A DNA stretch of 64,000 bases from positions 32,001 to 96,000 of IMG/VR virus record IMGVR_UViG_3300043438_000518; one strand, written 5' to 3'. Position 1 is the first letter of the stretch, and every line of letters begins with the position of its first letter. The notes beneath the pieces were generated by a model. It made no database searches, was not told where the DNA came from, and saw only the letters and a list, made by a program, of their open reading frames with translations. The DNA comes from a virus. Lineage: Duplodnaviria > Caudoviricetes. Positions 14,001 through 21,700 of this stretch are shown piece by piece. A program made the translations under genes and the position numbers.

Positions 14001-15700
14001 AACTTATCGGAGATATGCAAGCTTTCTTTAAGGCATTTGCTTACGCTGGTATTATGGGAAGTCAATTAAATAAGAAGTTTGATTCTTACTTGCCTTTGAT
14101 TCCTGAGTCTATCTACACCCTTCCTATGACTTCTGTTATTGAAAACTTTAGTAGGGAGTTAGATGCTTCAGAAAGTGCAGTTGTAGAAAGAGAGTATACT
14201 CCTGAAAAGGTTACTAAGTCTAATTTACCTGATAATGGTTTCTTTGTATTTGGTTCTAATGATAGAGGTGTACATGGACTAGGAGCAGCAAAAGATGCAG
14301 TTAAAAACTTTGGAGCAGTTAAAGGTCAGGCAACAGGAAAACAAGGTCAAGCATTTGCAGTAAGAACAAAAATGTATCAGAACGGTAAACTTACTAAGTA
14401 TAATGACTTAACTGAGGACAATAAGAAAGTAATGGATAGAATGACTGTAGAAGATCTTAATGCATTAAGAATGGAGGCTATAGATAATCCTGACAATAAG
14501 TATTATGTTACAGTAATAGGAACTAAGTTAGCAGGAAGAAGTGTTGAACAGATGAAAGATTTCTTTAGTAGAATGAACAGTAAGGTTGGTATTCCTGATA
14601 ATATAATTTTGCCTGAAGAATTTGAAGTAAGAACAGAATCTGTTAGTGTTCCTTCTGAGTTTAATTTCTTTAAAAACTTCTTAACTCGATTTACTGAGAA
14701 TCATCCAGAGTTCCGTAATGCAGAAGCGCCTAAGACTATGACCTACTACAAAGACTATCTTTTGTCTAGGGATAACATTGTAGCTCAGTATGAAGCTTCT
14801 ATAGAGAGTATTACTAAGAGTACTAATGCCGGTTCTAAACAGATGATTTTAGGAACAAAAGTTAAAGATGGGATATACGTAAATCAATCTGCTTTAACTA
14901 AAGAAGAACAATTAGAGTTATTTGACTACTTAAAACCTTTCTTAGAGGAACAGGCAGCTAAAACTAATAAAGGGAAGTCCGCAAGTAAGATGATTGGTTT
15001 AGGATTAAGGTGGGATTATAAATCGAACAATCCTGGAAAACAAGCAATGAATATTCCAGATGTTATTAATCCTGCAAATAAGACTAAGTATGGGTATTAT
15101 GATTCTTCTATAAATAACCTACCTCTGGCTCCTATTACTAGTCGTTTCAGGGAGTTGATGCAGAAAGCTTCAGGAGTAGATATGACTAACTATGATGGAG
15201 CAATTATTAATTTATACGAGGAAACTACTTTTATTAGTTTACATAATGACGTAGATGAGAGTAGATCTGCTATTGGTTATCCTGTTATAGGAGTCAATCT
15301 TGGAGGTACAGGAAACTTCTCTATTGAACCCAGAAATAGTAGCCCTGAACAAATTAATCTTAAGGCAGGTACTGCTTACATTTTTGGAGTTGATGGTGTA
15401 AACAGAGAAGTTTGGCATAGAACATTGCCTAAGCCTCAAGACAGTTTCTTACCTGAATTAACCACCAACATAGATGGTAAGACTTACGAACCTGGTTCTT
15501 ATAGAGTTACGATAACTATGAGAAGAGTAATGCCTTTGGAAGAAGGAATGAATGCTACTCCTTTTATAGAAGAGACTCAATTGCCTAGTCCTGTATCCCA
15601 ACAGTTAACTTTAGAGTTACCAGTAGACAACAGTTTTGCACTGAAAGATTCCTTCAACAGTCTACGTGAGATCAATAACAACCTAAGTAAAAACTGTTGA
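2009..15700 (+). CDS. Virion-packaged DNA-dependent RNA polymerase polyprotein (crAss-like) with zincin, macro-like and AlkB accessory domains
   Basis: 4563 aa; RIP...GGDFDIDK catalytic motif (DFDID at 11984-11998) as in phi14:2 gp66; HEAWH zincin motif at 7838-7852; C-terminal HxD...H...RxxxxxR 2OG-Fe(II) motif. Confidence 0.88.
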   Translation: MPQDPIIALLQNQGLDPFTQSKPVSRLQAASISTSAAEISRAAAAPFQAQLTIGKGVNDILAGGAKAEMLSPYENVSSSMLKGIEIPQISLDKGIQQEIKVSADVLSRTLREGSLEESQAALKELRDKYNNISKSVLSNKEKENLRQAYAGLVEQVNQINTFKLAKQQTDSFFSENALEDREKGLKDFNANSRLPLSLKSKQTKNSDIINSLADLESNRIGSRLYNEEDLSTFKSTYVDTDKDLYAGMEMQYNYAVKQSVDEKINDYQKQIQDLDSQIKQSYDQGQKNALAMQKAGVVKELNYANNLSQKLKPYTNEDTYLKNFYPEEYTKKKDRQKQEVYRNEMLAEGDQGSWSETLYRSAQSIGSNFTKQISGAAYFFGNKELGYRLKSAAESIAPPTYFVGKDLNKNSKIDDSEITRDIHGNRVTMSQVRWIDKSGESHWNLWAPVEQTLPILTDVLTTIAISKGLGAVGRGAGLTYGRMGAAAGLGEAANASFVKNWAPRISTMGIVSATTFPRFYAEERSNFKNSDDAFKVATMRAAVEGLTESIVPDVNMFSGKIAYGALDPAFAKLGKLDPASLSRLTVKRDVLLGLLPKGAISPAKAALLMAPAALRRTLTGASQEAIEELGSLVGNYVVDQYASNQNFEVEETNQLTGEAFLDTFVEGFIPSLFISGGSTLLAKGAMKKERLDQARWNIANNPEKYKQLIANQVQNQKITKDEGLKRTVAIDRLAKQLDVIPEIQNIKSLTTLLDDKEAQYNFFNNVLFQEDLLTVDTTQLSEEQVEQHKESLAKVSKDILTTKNLADKYAGLEENDKKAIISKLFDKQAQAATSEDATLSSIMFTAEQTKQMMVTAPVNDPRYEFINEQYKNFQSKVDANIRTRVENFASRLENTPEQVTLLELQMAQDTFLPALERLDALDKGMQVENSPMAPEIGPMPENTPELMQAIKDELASRKIISAEDFNREVSQNLKNPETKQVQEAQLSVAELSEEELATGELSETAHEHLSDTQKFSLATSLQNHKKQKDQSPSELTDLEEFRNRTLFNIYKSSLEGLTPENQVAKIIEMNKVALGIAVDTPAVNNFSANPTNTAVPVTPAPVVNIPGQLDEVDREVYTEYANYLAEFNQQLADFDPTADETRTMVAEFNKNLFDSLLSLDSLNAVRSALLAVYPENVLGIEAMYEAAKQGNINLDSIQFSPKKKERFIARLKTLMGEADSTPETPVVETPTNEVLEEAPEIAEDGENNQTDNYDSAQKSTELSLTNLLKGTKGLELQLISVTKEDVSLNDPAVNLAYSIMEFYSEAERLGKSLAMKVRIQSMMGIYEFVLPAGSVERLNELKQLKSLSPEEKIELRDLLSVNNRPIHNEGMLSFLEENPSEIGTGVGTAFVNSDNNLLKFTAKGKPSTAKTAFVFIPAIKKTGIQSEKEIRERVGRGEILVSPISGIVSGVDKTSPLTNAVGENIYVHTGPATTIKGAQKVYTLKPGVVYLQKEDARYQYTGINIPTNGSDIQILVNAFNNGTLPQNIDESIRQDASLFLNYLNRQINSTKVGKEETLKIRFFKGANLFLSTTNDNKLIVKYQVEGKDGKKYLKPSKNQDEDLLKIGQSSYKLVDARFLEDNKPYTALVVDAKGKISTKQFNSYSDFIKSPEFGANYVREENRTFSFSPELESLNTSSVAVDEIDTTPIAPISEVPTTPTQPADARADIEKRTTKIISSEIVEKGNRKGQTRIVSQTNSITDLEGTLVSVTEYEAKVGDTTVGLGGKSMTLKQFKEEFPLDEDYVGIFEGLDDDSIITVIKVKRVPTSSRFNSVVSIYTVQYGKMDAGIKNDDVKYNAELAALEQPTPQPAKGPKRLSRRPTLYKDPSEDSLIDPDFFFRAKALSNSITGRQNTLAKAWVANHPIFKNTPFIFDETISHPEAYAVWSKAGIFLYEGANYAEAYHEAWHEFSQLYLTPEQKAALYAEARELYGDLTFVQLEERLADDFRAYALSEGKEFPALIQQARKSKSIFKEIWDFISNLFLNKKTVDHYFSRLYKGNLNGFKRRESNQYFKQLYSGKYTYNDAEGVSHALSYVDSKKYLDDLDSLYVATTSAMSKDKGVTFVNILANPKQANLVYSMMAKRLDSEYTQLLESYEQTDNVEYVPRIDAIVDLLENFEATVKFHKQNSFLFEDKVRKALLNNQIVEQESVNAEFASYEASVNEMSQKQLASQTLISALRTLPRYENGVQVFHPVFGTPLLSDFSSNWNILQRRLSGVNSYSELFSRVENIAEVYPQFTEFLSYLPTPEEDLTFTSDLNFKNEFYRIFSMPYIEGYTTDIKRDEDGNIEDVRVFQAQSLDAQNIRRSFDSAFSLNPSEYSLTNAETGTAYLNTTKYFNTFPGIPAVPIDEEEFEDYNRSLYNMLTPLGFNLSPNSIELFVKEDPTVQSARVSLIYNKLKSLSQVQAYIATPLASISSSHMIEDKGSKIKVEGENTSISNIIQYEVEANPQYVNDMRYNAVQKQIWSVNQHTLMTRVLGVLNDEVSYPTLEDVYRELPHLDPTNNPNTIGSFVLSYLFNTAGNRITDKMQNQQVYRKVELGNLLGIKDRGEGEKTIDSNEAKKHYADILGLVKSGVEEINRLSGKSTTRGLIMDLRLRKFLGFNNSTNQVDEFIAYGPAQVPYSLFVSRILPLIKSEVEVTLKDSDKYKISPLDGDGSPKLTYFHKIFTPEQRTALYAAYTSADSTKSLEDVFKEMPEAQAVFNKFQEYIASNVKGSEAILGTTYPVDKVDLFKYHFFSFVSRIEQHKIFFNHPYYYKNPKDIEKRLSMWNAFGSYAIIDQQNIDYLLSDRSGLSMYSHRDAFHAHAGQVGIKINANRAAVDQISYLVLKDEPIKSPTAKASKFYGKYKDAYTNDPKSEKQNAAAFCTLDFYRKFYSLSTGITLPMKQEFDRQDKIYKKYLELQRADEFTRDQLSKELEEELNKGPFYKFTIKKLQYAGHNKIESGESVPVGHKYSMKPILPSEIIGDPKLASILQKLHASSAEYAVFESGTKLSETVKPVSLFNAKGEVQDKAVPVGLIDLKNLKEQVLIENKEDFNNIFSTQFRKLVYKDITTPDGEALYESYKSIIENLTNFDKLNFLEQLDDKEKLVEFLIREISKKNAAESTKDLLRLKEDGTLTHSLDSMIDRTVMESAVVSSVKNQIIKQKLPGAQRVQYPVSLIRPSRKLRFYDIVDGKITKAEAMVSFSKGYYPLLNLLSPVDKQPIGQLDNEGNVINPHTALTRLNEALANPKFRSRYANQLTMEAIRIPGEKHRSMENYEIVEFLPEESGEIILVPDEIVIKSGGDFDIDKLFCYDPVLNADGSFTYGPEITSQEAFELKKDLINRLQENKELFREFYQDKQDLIQDLQDILVSRGIAADTRVSALYKELRSYKYVNEQELVDEGAITETDQERLRKWAAGEVSTEKKDLSKDIKNRIKVLRATLSEISDEGLSQEIININTRLSVIAKEGRDIKNELKNLRGRFTNRLLLNISNRLSQPEIFEDLIAPNDIAKVTEAVELFGSSSDITTASLTNLVSPLYQLYVFSLNTYKTSLGTDAKNNVFHALLQRTTFYREDKNGNRKFLLDANRTVDGFLNFSGVFNIDGDKISNISGEMISAHVDIEKNDGIAKIGLNNVITPVVNYANMAGVRFFDMVKLINLTDGIRKQSSIIRYSRGKSIEEVLDVMYKNASEGSVVKSLIDTSKNEFGRVIRGKLINNVFNQMLKNTTSETSKELMLSVEDPLQDLRRFAQFLELEDQTRDLATISLATDYDTFSPQNFESFRSNILSLIPYIKEGGEKAGIFNKKGLDDIINNSIIAPFQVQQDVLDKFVQVFPISANPKITNTILRQFAVVQKINRKLDYDKFSRTFKNDLLYALYINNVPQVVQFEAYLDKTSPANLATMLTNLKSRLRNRGIAADNIMFDIMSATTDVDSKYIRTGILDTDLDYSVDMYKEEFERGFNWSHSELNPDNALDSELIGDMQAFFKAFAYAGIMGSQLNKKFDSYLPLIPESIYTLPMTSVIENFSRELDASESAVVEREYTPEKVTKSNLPDNGFFVFGSNDRGVHGLGAAKDAVKNFGAVKGQATGKQGQAFAVRTKMYQNGKLTKYNDLTEDNKKVMDRMTVEDLNALRMEAIDNPDNKYYVTVIGTKLAGRSVEQMKDFFSRMNSKVGIPDNIILPEEFEVRTESVSVPSEFNFFKNFLTRFTENHPEFRNAEAPKTMTYYKDYLLSRDNIVAQYEASIESITKSTNAGSKQMILGTKVKDGIYVNQSALTKEEQLELFDYLKPFLEEQAAKTNKGKSASKMIGLGLRWDYKSNNPGKQAMNIPDVINPANKTKYGYYDSSINNLPLAPITSRFRELMQKASGVDMTNYDGAIINLYEETTFISLHNDVDESRSAIGYPVIGVNLGGTGNFSIEPRNSSPEQINLKAGTAYIFGVDGVNREVWHRTLPKPQDSFLPELTTNIDGKTYEPGSYRVTITMRRVMPLEEGMNATPFIEETQLPSPVSQQLTLELPVDNSFALKDSFNSLREINNNLSKNC

Positions 15701-15725
15701 TTAAATTTTAAATAAACTATATTTG
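15697..15725 (+). promoter_or_regulatory. Bacteroidota sigma-A-type promoter
   Basis: TTG-N18-TATATTTG upstream of the ATG at 15742. Confidence 0.6.
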
Positions 15726-15741
15726 TATTAAGCCATTAACT

Positions 15742-18700
15742 ATGTTTTGTCCTAACCTATCAGATCCTACTATAAAAGCTCAGTTTGAGTCTCTCCAATC
15801 TATAGTCCCAGAGTATGCTTATTATCTCTGGGATAAGTATCAGGGAGATGTTCCTGCTAAGTACTATAACCTATCTACTGCATTTATAAGAGATGGAGTG
15901 TCTGAATTGTTTGAGTCTAACCCTGAGTTAGTTAACATAGGTACACCTCAACAATACTCTCAGTACTTAGATTCTATCTTTCCTGGAAGTAAAGTAAAAG
16001 ATATTCTTTATCACAGTAGATTTACTATTGATAACATTAAAAATAAAGATAGGTGGAAAAATGGTTTCTACTCTGGTACTAGAGATCAAGCAGACTTGAT
16101 GGCTGAAATGGCAGAAGACGGCAGTAATGACCTGATGACAACTGTTGCTTTATTAATTAATATGCAAAATCCTAAAGTAACTGATTTCGTAGATAGAAAA
16201 GTTGAAAATTATAAAAACACAAATGATGGTTTTATTATAGAAGCTACTCAAGAAGATGCTTTACAATTAATTGGAGACAGGGATGGGTATAATCCAGAAA
16301 ACTTTAAAAAAGAGTATGTAGTATTTGAACCAGAACAGATACATATATTAGGAAACAAACAAGACATAGATGGGTTTAAAAAGTTTGTAGCTACTTCTAC
16401 TATGCCTATTAGTATGCCTACTACTATGTTTAGTAGGAAGGATGCTAAGTTTGTATCTGACAGATTTATTCGCTTAGAGAGACAGTATGACTTCCTTAAA
16501 GAGTCTCAAATGGATCCTGAGTACTGGAAACTTAATAGTATCGCAGATAAGAAACAATACGTAGCTAAGAAACAGTTTGATACTGTAGTAAAAGCAATAG
16601 AAGGTAGAGAGTCTGTAAGAGTAGCTGATAACAAAATTTACTTATCATCTACCAAAACAGTTAAAGGAGGTAAAGTTCTTTATGGTTATGCGGCAGGTTT
16701 AGCTTCAGACATAAATAAAATGTATCCTTTAGTAACTGATGCTTCTCCTGCTTATGCAAGAGAAGATTCTAATGGAGAAGTCTACGTAGAATTTGACTTA
16801 AGTGGTCGTTATGCTACCTTACTAGTAGAGGGAGTAGAGTTCCTAGAAGAAGAATCTATGAGAGCAGAGATAGAACTAATGGATATTCATGATGCTATTC
16901 GTAGAGAGAAGGCTGCTATCATGGAGAAATTAGAATCTGCAAACGAGGTAGTCATTGACGGAGAAGTTTATGCTTACACAGGATCAATGTTCCAAAAAGG
17001 ATTTGCATTAACTCAAGCCCTTAAAGACCCACAGATTAAAAACTATACTAAGTTACTAAATAGATTGGTTTCTAAATTTCCTGGAGTTACTTGGAAGTGG
17101 AACACTGAAATACCTGAGGTAGCAAAAGTAAACTTAGCTACAGGACAGATAGAAATTAATCCTACTCTTATACAAGAAGATACTCCTTGGCATGAGTTCG
17201 GGCACTTTGTAGTTAGAGGAATCAGAGAATCTAATCCTGAACTATTTGAACAGCTTAAGAAAGAAGTAGAAACTTTACATAATGAAACTCCTAATTCTTC
17301 TTCGTATTCTCATGTAGAAGCTTCTTATCCTGAGTACTTAGGAACAGATTCATTCTGGGAAGAAGTTATCGTAACTGAGTTAGGAAGACAAGCTGCTAGA
17401 AAAGAAAACAGAAGTTTGTTTGACAAGGTACTTGATTGGTTTAAATCTCTTATTAAAGACCTAGGAGGAAGAAGTACTGAACAGTTAGCTATGTCTAGTT
17501 TAGTAGACTCTTTAGTAGATCCTAGTGTTGCTTTTGAGACAGAGTTCAACGAAGAAGCAGTAAGTGATTATATGTTCCAAAGGATTGTTCCTGCAGAAGA
17601 AGTTGATGCACTTACTAGCTATGTAAAGATTTCGCCTAATGATCCTTTTGTATTCCAAGACTACGCAGAAAAAGTACAAGTAATCGCTAATGCTATTAGT
17701 GAGACTGAATTTAAAAAGATCTTAGACACAAACAAATACTTAGGCTTAGGTAGTGAGTCTCTCCAAAGAGCATTAGCTGCTATCAAAGAAGTTAAGAACA
17801 TTGTAACTAAAGAAGATGTAGCCGCCTCTGTATTAGAACTTGCAGATTACTTACAGTACAATGCACTTTACTTAACAGGAGTTGTTCGTCACTTAAACAA
17901 CATTCTAGAAGATCCTACTATCCCTTCTGGTAAAAAGCTAGGAGACTTGCATAGAGGTTATAAGCAAGCTTTAGCTATTGAGAAACATGTTAAGAAGATA
18001 GAAGCCTTGTTTACTACTCGTGCTTTAGATGAGATGATGCGTAGTGAAGTCCAGAAGGATGCTTTCCTTAAGAACCTTTCTTGGATGCGTACAGCAATTG
18101 CTACTATTAAGAATGGTCATAACAATAAGATTGTTGATCCTGTAATAACTGAACTTGCTGATACCTTTAAGGCACAGTCTAAAGACATTGAAGATTCTTT
18201 CAATAGAGATATAGAAAAGTTAAAGTCAAGGACACAAACTGCTACTATTACTAAGAGAATCAAAGAGTTAGAAAAAGAAAAGCAAGATAGTTTGCTTACT
18301 CCTGAGAACATTAAAAAGTTCTTAGCAGACACTAACTCTCCTTGGTACTTAGCTATTGACTCTGCAATGGGAACAAAGAACCCAGGAGTTCAGTTGATTG
18401 CTAACTACATAAGAAGTATTAATAACGAGTTTCAAGAAAACTTAAAGCCTATAGCTAGTGAGTGGCAAGATCTTATGGATGATGTTGCTGCTAGTGAAGG
18501 AGGATTTATAGGTTCTGCATTAGATACTAAAAAGTTTTTTGAACCTTTCATTAGAGAAACAGTTCTTTATGAAATCATTGATGGTCAATTAGTTAAAGAC
18601 AAAAAAGTTCTTTCGCTTAACACAGAAGTTAAAACAGTTGAGTTAGGTAACAGAATTACTGAGTTAAAGCATACAATTGATTTTGGAGCAACCGAAGAAA

Positions 18701-21700
18701 TCAGAGAACAAGCAGAAGAAGATCTTAAGAAATTCTACGAGGAATACACAGAGCGTCCATTTACAGACGACTACTACGAGATTCAAAAACTTCTTCCAGA
18801 TGATATTAAGTTTAAACGTAATCAAATCTACCAAGAACTTGCAGCAATTAGAGAAGAGTTTGGTACAGGTATCATTGAGGACGAAATCTTAGAACGCTTA
18901 AGAGACAAAGAACAAGAGCTTTACGAGTTAGAAAGACTTTATACAGAAGATGGAACTCTTAAAGAGGGAAAACCTTTAGAAGATGCTTTAGCTATTCAGG
19001 CTTGGAAAGAAGGTAAAAGATCTGCTAACGTTGTAAGTTTTGTTCTTACTTCCGACAGTAAAGCTGTGTTTGAAAGGATGCTAGTAGATAAGAAAGCACA
19101 GTTAGCTAAATCTTTAGCAGCAGCAAAGACTACTCAACAAAGAGATGATGCACATAAAGCTTACAATAACTGGGCGAGTATCTACACAAGAACTGTTTAC
19201 ACTCAAGAGTTCTACGATACAAGAAAAGATATTTTAGACGAAATTCAGCGATTACTTAGCGACAGAGGTTCTCTAAGTGATATGTACTCTGAGTTGTTTA
19301 ATCTTTTATTAGGAACAAGAGATACTAATGGGGTTTACAATCCTGTAAGTATTACAGACAAACAAGTAAAGAAAGCAAAAGAAGTAGAAGAACAGATCGA
19401 AGAGATTAAAGCTTTGCTTAAGCAAGATAGTCCTTTAAGTGATGCTGTAAAGGGAAGACTAGGAGAACTAATACAGGATTTACAAGCCCTTCAAAGCAAT
19501 GTAAACTCTGAATACTATACTAACGCTGTAGACAATCAATTAAAAGCAATCAGAACTAGAGTATTTACAGAACACACTGATTGGGATGTAGACTCTGTTG
19601 AACGTGAGACTAACATTAGATTTAAAAACTCTGACTGGTATAAGAATAACCACATTACTAAGTATAGATATGACCCTGAGATTAGAGGTGTAGTAGCAGT
19701 ACAAGAGCCTATATTTATGTGGAGAGTTACTAGACCTAACGATCCTAAATATATTGAGACTGATGCTCCTTCTTCTTTGTGGTATAAGTCTGTAGTTAGT
19801 CCTAAATACAAAAACGATAACTATAAGCCAGGAGAAGTTACTTTTAAATCAGTAACAGGTGGTCCTTACTATAACTCTGCTTACAATAATTTATCAAACA
19901 ATCAGAAAGCTTTACTTGGTAGAATGAGAGAACTCCACTACCGTAGTCAAGAAGGTCTGTATCAAAAAGATAAGTTAGGAGATTTGATTCCTGGTATGAG
20001 AAAGACTAGGGGAGAGTTTATAGACTTAGTTAAACTTAAAGCAAACACCATCAAACAATTCTTTAAAGGAATTAAGAACTGGTTTACAGGTGATCGTGAG
20101 GCTTTCTCTGAGGAAGAAGATATCTACGGAGACGCTTATCAAACAGATGCGTTTGGTGATCCCGTAGTAAGAGAGTCTAGAAGACTATTCAATCGTTATG
20201 CTCGTACTCTTCCTATAGAAGAACAGTCTTATGATATTATGACTTCTATGGCTTCTTACGCTACTTCTTCTGAAAGATTTAAAGTAATGCGTAAGTATCA
20301 GTCTACAGTCCTTACTATGGAAGAAGTGTTTAACCAAGGTAAGTCTGAGTCTCTTTCTTCTAAAGTAATTAGAGATTTAGTAGACAGAGAACTTTATGGT
20401 AAAGTACTTGAAGACAAAAATGATTCTAAGCTTTTACGTAGAACCAATAGTATTATTAGTGGTGTTTCTAGTTTAGCAGGATTTAAAACTCTTGGTTTTA
20501 GTCTTTTAACTTTACCACAAAACTGGATAAACGGTTATCTTAAGATATTCTCTCAGCTTGGATTTTATCATATCACAGCTAAGGATATGGCAAAAGCCTT
20601 TGGAGATACTCTAGGAGTTAGTAAAGAGTTTTATTCAACCTATAATCAATTTGGTAATAAGAGTTATAGAGTTTCTTTAGTGGATTACTTTACAGGTACT
20701 CAGTCTATGGCTAACCAAGCAAGTGAAATTAACAACAAAGGTTTGGTTAAGTATGGTAAAGCATGGAAAGCAATTTCTACGCTTAGGGATTTTACTGAAT
20801 TTGACATATCAGCTGTAACGACTTATGCTTTCTTAAACAAGTACAGAGTGCCCTTAAAAGGATCAACTACTACAATACCACTAAAAGATGCATTCGAGTT
20901 AGTAAATGGCGTTATACAGCCTAAAAACAACGTAGACGTAGATCCTAACTTTATTCAACAAGTAAGAATGAATATTCAGTTGGCTAACGAAAGGGCACAA
21001 GGTATTTATTCTGTTGAAGCTCAGCCTACTGCAATGAAGAATGCTTGGTTTAGGTCTCTTATGTTCTTGAAGAAGTGGGTTATACCTGATTTAAAAACTA
21101 CTTGGGGATCAGACACTGTACATTATGGTGCAGGTATTCGTACAATAGGTTCACACCAAGCAGCAATGAGATTTATCAGAGATGTTGTATTGTTGGATAA
21201 AGGAAACTTTGTTAGGACTTGGTCAACTAGTTCAGAAGTACAACAGGCAGGTCTAAAACAGTTTGCAGTTTCTTTAGGTACTTACACAGTTCTTGCTAAC
21301 TTAATTATTCAGATGTCTCTTGCAATGGATTGTGAAGAGGATTCTGAAGCAGATTGGAAAGACTATGTTTGTTTAGGATTAAAGAGAACTACAAACGAAG
21401 CTGAAGGTGTCTTCACTCTTTGGGGTATGAATGAAATGAAGTTTACTTACATTTCTGAACAAGCAAACGGTGTATCTATCTTTGAGAAGATTGGTTGGGC
21501 AGCTTTAGGTCCTTTTAGTGTATGGAAAAAATTCTGGACAGATGAAGATTTGTGGACTTCAGATCCTTACTATCGTTATAAGTCTAACTCTAATCAAGTA
21601 GATTGGGATAAAACTCATCCTATGCAAGCAGGACAGATTGGATTAGCCGTTTTAGGTATGGAATTTTTAGGACTTAGAGGATCGTTTATTGGTCCTAAGT

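Noticed and set aside
1451-19811. Short alternate-frame and antisense ORFs inside the giant genes (e.g. 1451-1684, 6106-6402, 18677-18892)
   Set aside because: They are fully nested shadow ORFs with no motifs or plausible leaders.
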